A program made the position numbers and the translations under genes. 64,000 nt of DNA from sequence record PV611058.1; one strand, written 5' to 3'. Below the pieces are notes generated by a model. The model did not search any database. It saw only the letters and a program-made list of their open reading frames with translations, and had not been told where the DNA came from. How positions within the stretch are numbered: position 1 is the stretch's first letter; every line of letters starts with the position of its first letter. Of this stretch, positions 10,633 through 21,303 are shown in pieces.

Positions 10633-11286
10633 TTATTTTGCTTTACGTTCTGCAAATGCCTGTTTAACTTTCTCAATTGCTTTGGTTTGTGAAATTCCTT
10701 CTGGGATTTCAATATAGAAAGTTTTGCTATCAGGTGCTACAGGTGTTGCTTGAACTTGTGGACGTAGAGATGGTTCTAAGTTGTAAGCACGTTCAAAGTG
10801 CTCTTTAGCCAACTGCTCATAACGTTGTGCATCTTTAAGTAGTTGCTCAACAATGGTAGCTTCTTCAACAGAAGTATCAACTTCTTGTGGCTTGAATGGG
10901 TTGTATTCTTTAACTTTACCATCTTCATGTTTTTTAGCATCATTATCATTGATTGCGTTGTTTAGAACATCAAGAGAAATCTTACTGTTTCCACCAACAT
11001 GCATATCAATATCACAAGTACGTGCACGACGCAAATGTTGTAGATTATGAAGAACATCTAGCATTTTGCGACCGTCTAGATGACCAATCTTATGCATAAC
11101 TTCCCACAAATCTACATTCGATTGACCTTGATTCATTACTAAATCTGCAACAGATTGAGCATATGCTTCAGGAAGTGAATCGCGATAAACAATGAGACAA
11201 TGTTCTGGATCATCAGGGAGTGAACGCCATACCACAAATACTCGTGAACCCGTATTACGTACTACACCAACGTGACGAATAGCCAT
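10633..11286 (-). CDS. Conserved hypothetical phage protein (217 aa)
   Basis: ORF with GGAG RBS, coding-like composition, compact packing. Confidence 0.7.
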   Translation of the reverse strand: MAIRHVGVVRNTGSRVFVVWRSLPDDPEHCLIVYRDSLPEAYAQSVADLVMNQGQSNVDLWEVMHKIGHLDGRKMLDVLHNLQHLRRARTCDIDMHVGGNSKISLDVLNNAINDNDAKKHEDGKVKEYNPFKPQEVDTSVEEATIVEQLLKDAQRYEQLAKEHFERAYNLEPSLRPQVQATPVAPDSKTFYIEIPEGISQTKAIEKVKQAFAERKAK

Positions 11287-11288
11287 TA

Positions 11289-11519
11289 TTATTCTCCTTT
11301 ATTTTGTTCAGCAGCAGCTTGTGCAGCATCAGCTTCTTCTTGTGCTTTGATATCTTCGAGTGCAGAGTTGGCAAACTCAACAAACTTAGATACGACTGGA
11401 GCAACATCAACAAGTTCTTCGACTTTAAATGAATTACGAGCCACAGCAGCTTCCATGATTTTAGCAGCGTTGATTAGGTCGATTAGTGTTAGTTGAATTT
11501 TTTCTGGTTCTTGTTCCAT
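11289..11519 (-). CDS. Small acidic hypothetical protein (76 aa, MEQEPEK...)
   Basis: Start reassigned from 11618 to the ATG at 11519, which has a GGAGAG RBS. Confidence 0.65.
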   Translation of the reverse strand: MEQEPEKIQLTLIDLINAAKIMEAAVARNSFKVEELVDVAPVVSKFVEFANSALEDIKAQEEADAAQAAAEQNKGE

Positions 11520-11585
11520 TTTAATACTCTCCATGTATGTTGTTACAAATATAATTATATCACCTTTTTCCAAGCTGTCCCGCTG

Positions 11586-11616
11586 AAAAAAGTAGAGAAC
11601 GGAATTTTCCGTTCTC
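11586..11616 (-). terminator. Rho-independent terminator
   Basis: GAGAACGGA-ATTT-TCCGTTCTC with a T-run on the - strand. Confidence 0.7.
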
Positions 11617-11628
11617 ATTATTTAGTAC

Positions 11629-13038
11629 TTAGCTACGTTGACGCTTTTTGTCAGCTTCATATTCGTAGTGTACAGTTTCGCCAAATGGTGCTTGTTTGTT
11701 AGGATTACTGTGGATAACAAACAGTGTCTTACAGTAATCAGGATCACCCCATGACTGCCACGGCTCACCATCGGTAAACATAATAAGCTGTTTAGGCTTA
11801 TAGTTGTCATGCTTCATATGAACCCATACTGCTTCAAAGTCAGTACCACCACCACCTTTCACTGGATATTCGAGAATCTTACTCTCTTCACCAGTTTTGT
11901 AATCTTTCACAGTATAAACTTCAGTATCGAACGTCATGATACGGATTTTAAATTGTTTAAACTGCTTAGTGATACCCAGTACTTCACTGATGAAATCACG
12001 GAGCATATCTTCAGAGATAGAACCGGATGCATCTAGTGCAATTGCAATATCAATATCATCATCTGGTTTCATACCAGGGAAGATTGGATTCCCGTAGAAT
12101 GAACCAGAACTACCAAAACCAGCACCCCATGAACGACGATTAGGATTTTGATAAGTTGCATCAGACTTCAACCAGCTACGTAGTGTGCGGTGAAGTTTAG
12201 AACGCCAGTCAATCTTAGGTTCTTTGAAGTTGTTAATCATACGTGCGATTTCAGCAGGAGTACCACCTGCACGAGCAGCATTCATCATTGCTGTTTTGAA
12301 ATCATCCATATAATCACGTTTTTGTTTATCACTTGAACCACCTTCTTGACCTTCTTGTGGAACGTCATGTTGGTCGATTGTTGTACCTTTGCCTTTACCA
12401 TCTTTGATATCACCAAAAGTACCGCGTGATTTACCTTCACCCTCACCACTACCAGCCTGTGGATTTCCTTCACCTTCTCCGTCTTGGTCCTGCTTATCTT
12501 CTTCTTCGAGAATGTTATAAATCTCTTCAGCAGTCATACCATCGTACTTTTTATCGTACAGCCATTGGCTTTGAATTTTACCAATTTTATCACGAACAAG
12601 AATCTGGTTAATTGCATAGTCAGCAGCACGGTTATAACGCTGCGGGTCACGCATACCACGACGCAAGAAGTGGTCATATGCACAGTGAAGAATTTCATGA
12701 CAAATAACTGCAATCAGGTTTTCATCAGTCAAACCTTCTGTCATTTCTTTAAGTTGTTCTTCAGTTACTTCAGGATGTTTCTCACGAATTGCTTCTTCGT
12801 ATGCTGACTTTTTGGATTGGTCCTGAATACCCATGATGAATTCTACGTTGTAGAATAAATGCTTACCATCTACAGCCAAAGTACGACACCATGTGTTGTT
12901 TGCAACTGGACGCAGACGAGAAGCCAGTACACCAAAGAATGGGAATGTTAGCATTAAAGATGTGCGAGCTAAGATCAGACGATCTTGACATTCTTTCTGG
13001 AGAGCCGGAGTAACATCACTGAAACGTTTATCTGACAT
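11629..13038 (-). CDS. Zincin-like metallopeptidase fused to vWA domain (DUF2201-type), MoxR partner
   Basis: HEILH (HExxH) in the N-terminal domain; MIDAS DASGS, GGGTDF and MFTDG in the C-terminal domain. Confidence 0.88.
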   Translation of the reverse strand: MSDKRFSDVTPALQKECQDRLILARTSLMLTFPFFGVLASRLRPVANNTWCRTLAVDGKHLFYNVEFIMGIQDQSKKSAYEEAIREKHPEVTEEQLKEMTEGLTDENLIAVICHEILHCAYDHFLRRGMRDPQRYNRAADYAINQILVRDKIGKIQSQWLYDKKYDGMTAEEIYNILEEEDKQDQDGEGEGNPQAGSGEGEGKSRGTFGDIKDGKGKGTTIDQHDVPQEGQEGGSSDKQKRDYMDDFKTAMMNAARAGGTPAEIARMINNFKEPKIDWRSKLHRTLRSWLKSDATYQNPNRRSWGAGFGSSGSFYGNPIFPGMKPDDDIDIAIALDASGSISEDMLRDFISEVLGITKQFKQFKIRIMTFDTEVYTVKDYKTGEESKILEYPVKGGGGTDFEAVWVHMKHDNYKPKQLIMFTDGEPWQSWGDPDYCKTLFVIHSNPNKQAPFGETVHYEYEADKKRQRS

Positions 13039-13063
13039 TTGTATTTCCTCGTTTAGTTAAGAT

Positions 13064-13090
13064 AAAAGAAGGATACCATGTGGTATCCTC
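13064..13090 (-). terminator. Hairpin terminator
   Basis: AAGGATACCA-TG-TGGTATCCT inverted repeat with A-run. Confidence 0.55.
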
Positions 13091-13113
13091 CTTGTCAACA
13101 CTCTTTTTAATTA

Positions 13114-14442
13114 TTAACCAAGAGAGCGTGCTTTACGTACTAGGTCAGAGTACTTCATAACGAAGTCTTTAAACGCTGGTACATCTTTAATCGTAATCGC
13201 TACTTTATGAAGCGTGATGGTACGAATCGCCAGTACTGCCAGTTCTGCTTGAGTTGCAGAGAAGTTATGGTCTAGGAAGGTGATGAAGTTGTTGCACAGC
13301 TTACCCCAATCTTCCACTGGTAGACGTTGTTCTTGCTTCTCATTGTAGAGGTCGATAATTTTGTAAACCAGATTCAGAGTGATGAAGTAGTTCGCGGAAA
13401 TATCAAGCGAAGCATCAATCTCTTTAATCTCACCCTGTAGGATGGACATGGTATCTGGTAGTTTAGCTACGTTATCAACATACTCGATGTATTCAGTTGC
13501 TACGCCTTCACCAACACGACCTGCAATCATCGCACGGAACACTTCTTTATCAATGTTCTTAACTTTCTTCAGATCTTCGTAGCGTGCTACTGCTTCCCAT
13601 GAACGTGGAGAAGTACCACCACAGTGAGAAGGATCTTGTGGGCTAAGGGTGTTGAAGTGTTTAGCACCAGTGTTGTTGATGAACGCTACAGTTGCTGGGT
13701 TCAAACGCTTACCAATCGCATAATCGTTAATCCAATCTTGATGATAAGGAATCATTTCGATGTGGGTCATACGGTCACGCAGTGGTGTAGCTAGAGAGAA
13801 CGTTACACCGCCATCAGTTTCACGGTTACCTGCTGCGAGAATCAGTGCAGTCTTAGGTAGCTTCATCTCACCAACACAACGGTCGAGGATTAGCTGATAA
13901 GACGCTGCCTGTACAATCGGCATTGCAGAGTTGATTTCGTCAAACAGAATAACACCTTTCCAATCTGGAGACAGTTTCAGTACTTTAGGTGCTGCCCACA
14001 CAACTGCTGTTTCAGCGATGTAATCTTGTGCACTAGCCAGTTCAGATTCAATCAGTTGCTTACCATCCATATCAAGGAACACTTTCTCTGGAACTGGGAT
14101 ACCACGAAGGTCACTTGGTTCAATCTGAGACAAACGGAAATCGATAAAGTTAGTGTCTTGGTCGATTAGTTTGGCTTCAAACGCTGCCAGTTCACGGCGA
14201 AGTTGATCAGCATTTTCAGTATCAGCTTCGATTTGTTGTTTCATGAACTCAATTTTTGCCACGTTATCTTTACGCAGTGGGTAGTTCTCATCAGCGTATT
14301 GACGTGCGATAGCAGATTTACCGATACCAGGGCTACCCCAAATCATCAGGCTATCTTGAATCATGTCAGCCAGTGCCATTGCTTCTTTAGCTTTCTTAGG
14401 AGTCAGTTTTACGTTCAGGATATCGTTGTTTTGAGTAGACAT
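13114..14442 (-). CDS. MoxR-family AAA+ ATPase
   Basis: Walker A GSPGIGKS, Walker B ILFDEIN, AAGN, LRDRM arginine finger, SPRSW. Confidence 0.92.
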   Translation of the reverse strand: MSTQNNDILNVKLTPKKAKEAMALADMIQDSLMIWGSPGIGKSAIARQYADENYPLRKDNVAKIEFMKQQIEADTENADQLRRELAAFEAKLIDQDTNFIDFRLSQIEPSDLRGIPVPEKVFLDMDGKQLIESELASAQDYIAETAVVWAAPKVLKLSPDWKGVILFDEINSAMPIVQAASYQLILDRCVGEMKLPKTALILAAGNRETDGGVTFSLATPLRDRMTHIEMIPYHQDWINDYAIGKRLNPATVAFINNTGAKHFNTLSPQDPSHCGGTSPRSWEAVARYEDLKKVKNIDKEVFRAMIAGRVGEGVATEYIEYVDNVAKLPDTMSILQGEIKEIDASLDISANYFITLNLVYKIIDLYNEKQEQRLPVEDWGKLCNNFITFLDHNFSATQAELAVLAIRTITLHKVAITIKDVPAFKDFVMKYSDLVRKARSLG

Positions 14443-14482
14443 GTATATTTTCCTTTTGTTGGATAAAATCGTTTAGGTTTCT

Positions 14483-14511
14483 ATTATAGCCAATCCGTGG
14501 GCAAAAGTAAA
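14483..14511 (-). promoter_or_regulatory. Sigma70-like promoter
   Basis: TTTACT-N17-TATAAT on the - strand upstream of the MoxR gene. Confidence 0.55.
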
Positions 14512-14613
14512 GGAACTGTGTTAAAAGAATTTTTAACTTATCAGTTCCTTTGTTACTTCATGAATCATCCGTGTATTTAAAAAGGCATTTCTCTTTGCCG
14601 TCTTGATGTGGTC

Positions 14614-14641
14614 ATTATATCACATCGTTCAGGCTTGTCAA
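14614..14641 (-). promoter_or_regulatory. Sigma70 consensus promoter (copy 1)
   Basis: TTGACA-N16-TATAAT with TG extended -10. Confidence 0.85.
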
Positions 14642-14705
14642 CAACTTTTTTATTTCTTTTTCAATCTCACATCTTGTGATTTTGAAAACTTGCTTCGTGG
14701 TGGTC

Positions 14706-14733
14706 ATTATAACACATCATTCGGCGTTGTCAA
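14706..14733 (-). promoter_or_regulatory. Sigma70 consensus promoter (copy 2)
   Basis: TTGACA-N16-TATAAT with TG extension, 92 nt from copy 1 and similar in the spacer. Confidence 0.85.
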
Positions 14734-14758
14734 CATCTTTTTTTCTTTATTTTCGAAG

Positions 14759-15136
14759 CTACATGTGCATCGAAAATAACATTCTAAAATCATCACCACA
14801 CAATGTTAACTCTGTAACTATCATTGCGTCCGAGAGGTATATGTACTGCCCTTCTACATAGTAGGGTGAAGTACATATCCTATCAAGCGATGTAAAGATT
14901 ATAGAACTTTTGAACTCTCTTTGCAAGGGGATTTTTGTAAATTCGTAAAGAATGTTTTCTTTACAAATTGTATATCCAAACTTGCTAAGTCTTAAACCAC
15001 CGCCAGTTCTGAAATTTTCAAAAATTGACATCAGAAGCATACGGTCTGTTAATTCAGCGTCTGATCCATGTACTTCTCTAACTTTTAAAAGTACATCGTT
15101 TTGAAATTCAGTACTGTTGTGTGGTTCAGGGATCAT
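14759..15136 (-). CDS. Hypothetical protein (125 aa)
   Basis: ORF track, compact packing. Confidence 0.65.
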   Translation of the reverse strand: MIPEPHNSTEFQNDVLLKVREVHGSDAELTDRMLLMSIFENFRTGGGLRLSKFGYTICKENILYEFTKIPLQREFKSSIIFTSLDRICTSPYYVEGQYIYLSDAMIVTELTLCGDDFRMLFSMHM

Positions 15137-15139
15137 AAA

Positions 15140-15532
15140 TTACATCCCCACGAAACCCTGTCTTGCTGCATATGAAGGAGCATCTTTAACTTTATAGTCT
15201 TGGACACCATCTTTACCAATTTTCGGACCCATATCTTTGGTTCCGAAGCAGCAATCAGTGGATTCATCAACTTCTTCAGTACTTTCATCATTATATCGAA
15301 CATCCGATAAAATGTCACACGCTTTTTGAAGCTTTTCTACGATTTCTTTTTGATCTTCACCTGATTTAACCTTATCCACAATGTGGATAAGGCATTCGGT
15401 GATATCTTTAAGTAAATCGGTGGCAACAGCATCAGAAGGAGTCTCAACTGCAAAACTTTCTTCTTCAGTAGATTCTTCACTAGAAGTGATTTCATCTAAT
15501 GCTTCAACCAATTCACGATAATTATATCCCAT
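15140..15532 (-). CDS. Acidic hypothetical protein, possible head-internal/scaffold protein
   Basis: E/D-rich, LVEA and VDES motifs. Confidence 0.55.
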   Translation of the reverse strand: MGYNYRELVEALDEITSSEESTEEESFAVETPSDAVATDLLKDITECLIHIVDKVKSGEDQKEIVEKLQKACDILSDVRYNDESTEEVDESTDCCFGTKDMGPKIGKDGVQDYKVKDAPSYAARQGFVGM

Positions 15533-15533
15533 C

Positions 15534-16523
15534 TTATTTGTCCCCTAGAAATTGTTGATATTTCTTCTGGAGACTTTCGAAAATGTCTTCGACTTCTTCA
15601 TCGCTTTCATCTTCTAGTTCTTCGTTACCTTCCACTGACTCATCACTCTCATTAACATTGAGTGGGTTGTCACCTAGAGCAGTACCTGGGAACTTAGGTT
15701 CAAATTTGTGAACACGGTTCTCGTTACCGTCATTGTCATAGTACTCTGGTTCAGGACGATTGTCAACATCTTCATCAACGACACGTCTCCAGTAGAACTT
15801 GTTACCCTTGGTAATAACAACAAAGTGGTCACCTTCTACACCATTAGTTTTAGCTTGACCGTCACGAACGGCATCAGCTTCAGTGTTGTAAGGTCCAAAA
15901 TCAGTACTGTCACCTTGTTCTTCATCTTCTGAGATGGTTAGGTCTGGTAGGAAAGTGTTTTCTTCAACTTTAACTTCAGTATCTGGGTTACCTTCTACTG
16001 AATATTCATCTTCTGGTTCGTCTTGAAGACCAGCTAGAGATAGCATACGACTGAAATCGAATTCTTCTTCGATGATTTCTTCTTCTTCCTCTTCTTCAAC
16101 TGATTCTAGTTGAGGTTGACCGGAAAGATCTAAAGAAAACTCTTCTTCATCTGCAACACCAGGCTCTTCGAACTCTGCATCCATACTTACTTCTTCAGAA
16201 TCACCACCAAAATCACCAGCTTCAGCAGATAGTGAGTCAGCAGCTACTTCCAATGGGTCTTCAACTGGTGCATCAATCGCACCATCCATTGTACCACCAA
16301 CTTCTTCTTCAGCACCCGCACCAATGGAATCCATGTCGAGTGGAGCGATTGGTGGTAGAGAAGGGGTCATAGACCCCATAGAAGGAACTGGAGCAGCAAC
16401 AGGAGAAGCTTGACGCTCGGCTTGACCAGCTAGTGCAAGCATACGAGATAGTGTTTCTAGATCTTCAGATTCTAGTCCTGCGATATCGATTTTAACTTGT
16501 GCTTCATTAATTTTTTTAGCCAT
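15534..16523 (-). CDS. Very acidic protein, possible prohead core/scaffold protein
   Basis: E/D-rich low complexity with INEA, QLES, VNES, IFES motifs. Confidence 0.5.
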   Translation of the reverse strand: MAKKINEAQVKIDIAGLESEDLETLSRMLALAGQAERQASPVAAPVPSMGSMTPSLPPIAPLDMDSIGAGAEEEVGGTMDGAIDAPVEDPLEVAADSLSAEAGDFGGDSEEVSMDAEFEEPGVADEEEFSLDLSGQPQLESVEEEEEEEIIEEEFDFSRMLSLAGLQDEPEDEYSVEGNPDTEVKVEENTFLPDLTISEDEEQGDSTDFGPYNTEADAVRDGQAKTNGVEGDHFVVITKGNKFYWRRVVDEDVDNRPEPEYYDNDGNENRVHKFEPKFPGTALGDNPLNVNESDESVEGNEELEDESDEEVEDIFESLQKKYQQFLGDK

Positions 16524-16545
16524 TTTAAATAAATCCTTTTAGTTA

Positions 16546-18057
16546 TCAATCATTCTTATTTAATGATTTTAAAATTTGCACTGTTTCATCCTTTTTACCA
16601 GATAGTAAAATGTCAGCAGCAATTAGAGAAACCTCATCACCACGCGTTAAGAGTACTGTAATTTTCTTAGCGTAAGGTGATTCTTTAATTCGTGAAGCCA
16701 ATGATTGAACTTCATCACCAGGAGCAGGAACTTCAGGTTCTGGCTCTGATACAGGTTCTGGTTCTTTAGTAGGTTCAGCTTTTGGTTCAACTACATCAGT
16801 ACTTGATACTTCAGCATCTACTTTCTCTTCAGGTTCTTCTTCTTTCTTATCAGCACGTTCTGCATCATAACGAGCAAGAATGTTATCAGCAGTTGATTTT
16901 GGAATCAATTTACCATCAGCACTAATAAAGCGGTTACCACCGATATAAGAATACTCTGTGCCTTTCTTAGATTTTACTTTAGTTCCGATTTTCATTGCAC
17001 CAGAACTGTTATGGCGAATTATATCACGTTGAGCAGCACGTTCAACACTTTTTGCAGCACTAACATTTAGTTGTTTTTTAGTTTCTACATCAAACCATGC
17101 ATCTTTTTGTTTAATGTATGTTTTACCTTTATTTGAAGTAATGCGGTAACCATTTGGAACCACAACAGATTCAGTTTCTTCAATCTCTTCATCTGCTTCA
17201 TTAATGGATTCTTTTGTTGCGAATACTGGCTGTTTTACTGGTTGTTTAGGTTGTTCTGGCTTTTCACCTGAACCAAAACGTTGTTCACCTGATTCATGTT
17301 CACCAGTTAGTGAAGGAAAATCACCAGGGTTAGCCTTAACAAATTGCTGATATGCATTAAAGATTACATGTGCATTTTGTTCTGGAATTACAACATTACC
17401 ATCATTATCACAAAATTCTTTACCATTCCATTCGGAACGAGTATTACCTTGTACTAAAGTAGATTTAATTGGAATTAGTTTGTTTTTTGGTGCTAATTGG
17501 CGAGCAATACGCATACCTTCATCGGAAAGTTTACGGGTCATTGCTGGGTCAACTGGACGTCCAGATTTTGCATCAACAAAACGGTGATTTTTAGGGATGA
17601 ATTTAAATCCACTAACTTCCATACCTGCTGGAATAGAAATATCATCAGCATATGGTGGAAGGATATAGAATTTTAGGGAGTTCCATTCTTTTTGTAGAGT
17701 TTCTTTTGAAACATTATATACACGGTGGTCATCTGCCATTAGTTCAGTGATAATTTCACTTTCAGTTAGTAGAATTCCATCTTTAGAATTGAAACGATTT
17801 TCACCAAGAAATGTACACTCTTTACCTTCAAGAATATATTTGTTACCAATTTTATATTCACTAGAAGATAGATTGTGCTCAACAATCTGTTGTCGAGCAC
17901 TTGCGTACATGGATGGGTATTTTTTAGGGTCTACCATTAACATATTATTGTCGTTAAACCAGAAACCTTCTAGAAATACATATTTGCCACCAGTGTGAGA
18001 AGTATATACATATCCATTAGGTACTGTGGTAGTTTCAGTACTGAAAAAATTATCCAT
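16546..18057 (-). CDS. Hypothetical protein with internally repeated ~90-aa domain, probable virion/head protein
   Basis: Start moved to MDNFF (AAGGAG RBS); VPNGY...WF...HN.S...KIG.K...G.NRF.S.DG occurs twice plus one degenerate copy. Confidence 0.65.
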   Translation of the reverse strand: MDNFFSTETTTVPNGYVYTSHTGGKYVFLEGFWFNDNNMLMVDPKKYPSMYASARQQIVEHNLSSSEYKIGNKYILEGKECTFLGENRFNSKDGILLTESEIITELMADDHRVYNVSKETLQKEWNSLKFYILPPYADDISIPAGMEVSGFKFIPKNHRFVDAKSGRPVDPAMTRKLSDEGMRIARQLAPKNKLIPIKSTLVQGNTRSEWNGKEFCDNDGNVVIPEQNAHVIFNAYQQFVKANPGDFPSLTGEHESGEQRFGSGEKPEQPKQPVKQPVFATKESINEADEEIEETESVVVPNGYRITSNKGKTYIKQKDAWFDVETKKQLNVSAAKSVERAAQRDIIRHNSSGAMKIGTKVKSKKGTEYSYIGGNRFISADGKLIPKSTADNILARYDAERADKKEEEPEEKVDAEVSSTDVVEPKAEPTKEPEPVSEPEPEVPAPGDEVQSLASRIKESPYAKKITVLLTRGDEVSLIAADILLSGKKDETVQILKSLNKND

Positions 18058-18070
18058 GTGTTGATTCTCC

Positions 18071-18616
18071 TTAAGAAAGCATACGCAAAAGTTGTTCACG
18101 CTGCTCTGGACTTAATTTTTGTAGAGCATCAGGGATACTAGAACCTTGTGCTTTTGGCTGTTCCTGTGGTGCTGGTTGTGGAGCATTGTCAGGTTGAGCT
18201 TGTGGTGCAGGACGTTGTTGTTCTTCACCTTTATCATCATCACGATAATCATTCATCAAGTCACGTGCTGCTGCCAATAGAGCAGAACCAACATCTTTAG
18301 GAGTAAAAGTACGACGACTGTTATTTCCCAGGTGTTTTATATCAAGGTTATTTCCTTTGAAGAATTGTGCAACATCAGCATATGGTACTGATGGCTGTGC
18401 TTTACCGTATTTGCGACCAACATAGCGTTTAAATTCAGCCCAAAGACGGTTTGCTTCTGCACCAACTTCTTGTGCACCTTGTTCTACTTGACCACTACCG
18501 AAAAAGCCTTTTACTTTTCCTTTTGCACTATCTACTGCACTTTGTGAACGACTATATGGACGAGCTTCATTTAGCTCTTCATCATTATAGTCTAACATTT
18601 CATTAAGTATACTCAT
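18071..18616 (-). CDS. Hypothetical protein, probable head-associated protein
   Basis: N-terminal LNEM/LNEA motifs, P/Q-rich linker. Confidence 0.6.
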   Translation of the reverse strand: MSILNEMLDYNDEELNEARPYSRSQSAVDSAKGKVKGFFGSGQVEQGAQEVGAEANRLWAEFKRYVGRKYGKAQPSVPYADVAQFFKGNNLDIKHLGNNSRRTFTPKDVGSALLAAARDLMNDYRDDDKGEEQQRPAPQAQPDNAPQPAPQEQPKAQGSSIPDALQKLSPEQREQLLRMLS

Positions 18617-18619
18617 GTC

Positions 18620-19153
18620 TCAATCCTTTTTACCAAAACCAGCACTCATATATTGAGAGTATTTATTGTCACTTTTAACTGCTTCAATCGCATCTTTAAC
18701 TGCGGTTACAGCACGTTCTTCACCAGCTAAATCATGGCTGTCTTCTGGTTTACCAAAATCAACACCAATTACTGGTTCGTAATCGTCAAAGTCAATATCA
18801 TCTTCGAGTTCGGTCATTTCTTGTTGACGTGGTTCATCTTTACTACGTACACGGATTAGAGCTTCAGTCATACTTAGTAGGTTACCAATTTCATACATTA
18901 GTACGTTTGATTGAACACCACGGTGGCATTTGAAATCAAACATCCAAATTTCACCACAATCTAATTCATAAAAATCTAGTGGTCTTTCCATGAAAATAGT
19001 TTTCTTTAGTGCACCAATATCAAATGCATCATAACGATCCATTAGGCGTTGTGATACTTTACTTAGTTGCTCATTGGTAGGTTCAACTGCAAACTTGACT
19101 CGGTATTCAAAAACTGGTTTTTTATCCGTTAGGATTTGTTGTAATCTATTCAT
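18620..19153 (-). CDS. Hypothetical protein (177 aa)
   Basis: ORF with GGAG RBS, within the structural cluster. Confidence 0.65.
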   Translation of the reverse strand: MNRLQQILTDKKPVFEYRVKFAVEPTNEQLSKVSQRLMDRYDAFDIGALKKTIFMERPLDFYELDCGEIWMFDFKCHRGVQSNVLMYEIGNLLSMTEALIRVRSKDEPRQQEMTELEDDIDFDDYEPVIGVDFGKPEDSHDLAGEERAVTAVKDAIEAVKSDNKYSQYMSAGFGKKD

Positions 19154-19180
19154 TTTAATAACTCCATAAGGTCGTTTAAG

Positions 19181-20197
<1,017 letters not shown>

Positions 20198-21292
20198 TTA
20201 AAAATCTCCTAATATGTTACCTAATCCGAATTTTGAGCTTGCAGAAGAAACGATGCTTCCTAAACCAATAGCATTTGCACCTCTTGTCACTGCGGAACCT
20301 ATGTTTCGGATGGTATCAGGAGTAATGTCACCACGAAGGATATCACCAGCACTACTGATTATATCACTAACTGATGTTCCTGCTCGGATAATTTTACCAA
20401 CTGTCGAAATTCCTTTAGTTTTGTCATCAAGTTCACCAAAGTACTTAAAGAATCCACTCACACCAAGACCTTCAGTGTCGGTGATGAGTTGTGCAATTTC
20501 CATTGTAGGAACACCAATACTCAAGTACCCTTCAGGACCAAAGTTGTTACACGCTTCATAACGCATAGTCAACGATAATAGTGCTGGGTCACCTTCACTT
20601 TCCATAGATTTAGTTTCTAATTGTATATCTTCGATGAATACATTTATCATGTTATGAACTGTATAGGTTTCATTATCAATTTCATAGATATTAATTGATT
20701 TGAAAAAGTACTGGTTGTCGTAGTTACCATTGTTCATTACAGAACGACCCCAGTTTCCACCTAAACCATTGAAATTTTCTGGTGTACTGAGTACGTCATT
20801 TCGGTAAGATTGTGGGTTCTTGTCAAAGAAGTCACCATAGTAGAACTTACGATATGCGTCCATTAGGAGATATCCAGCACCATCAACAGTATCGTAGAAG
20901 ACAACATTACTTGGTTTATAAACAATATCACCAGTAACTAAACGTTTTTTGTTGTATTGGTTTACGGTTTCAACACTAAAAGAAAAACTAGGAAGTGTTA
21001 CATCTTTTACAAAGCACGATACATTATTAACATCAAAATCAGTATGTGTATCTGGGAGTTGAGTTTTAATAAAATTCTTTGCGAACGGGGTTAGTACGAA
21101 TTCGATAATAAAACTGTTCTTAAATTTTGGTAAATTATAGAATGAAAAACCCATTTCACCTGCTGTACCAAACACACGTTGTGCAGCGTTATAATTCTCA
21201 AAAGCTGGTTCTCTAATGATGTTGATATTATCAATAACACCATTAACTATACTAGTCCCAGTACTGACAAATGAATCAAAAAAATCACTCAT
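20198..21292 (-). CDS. Tail-tube-fold protein (tube initiator/baseplate gp48/gp54-like) with C-terminal extension
   Basis: VKDVTLPSFSF...VNQYNKKR...YKP..VVFYD tube-type pattern; adjacent to tube genes. Confidence 0.6.
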   Translation of the reverse strand: MSDFFDSFVSTGTSIVNGVIDNINIIREPAFENYNAAQRVFGTAGEMGFSFYNLPKFKNSFIIEFVLTPFAKNFIKTQLPDTHTDFDVNNVSCFVKDVTLPSFSFSVETVNQYNKKRLVTGDIVYKPSNVVFYDTVDGAGYLLMDAYRKFYYGDFFDKNPQSYRNDVLSTPENFNGLGGNWGRSVMNNGNYDNQYFFKSINIYEIDNETYTVHNMINVFIEDIQLETKSMESEGDPALLSLTMRYEACNNFGPEGYLSIGVPTMEIAQLITDTEGLGVSGFFKYFGELDDKTKGISTVGKIIRAGTSVSDIISSAGDILRGDITPDTIRNIGSAVTRGANAIGLGSIVSSASSKFGLGNILGDF

Positions 21293-21303
21293 GGGTTATC
21301 TCC

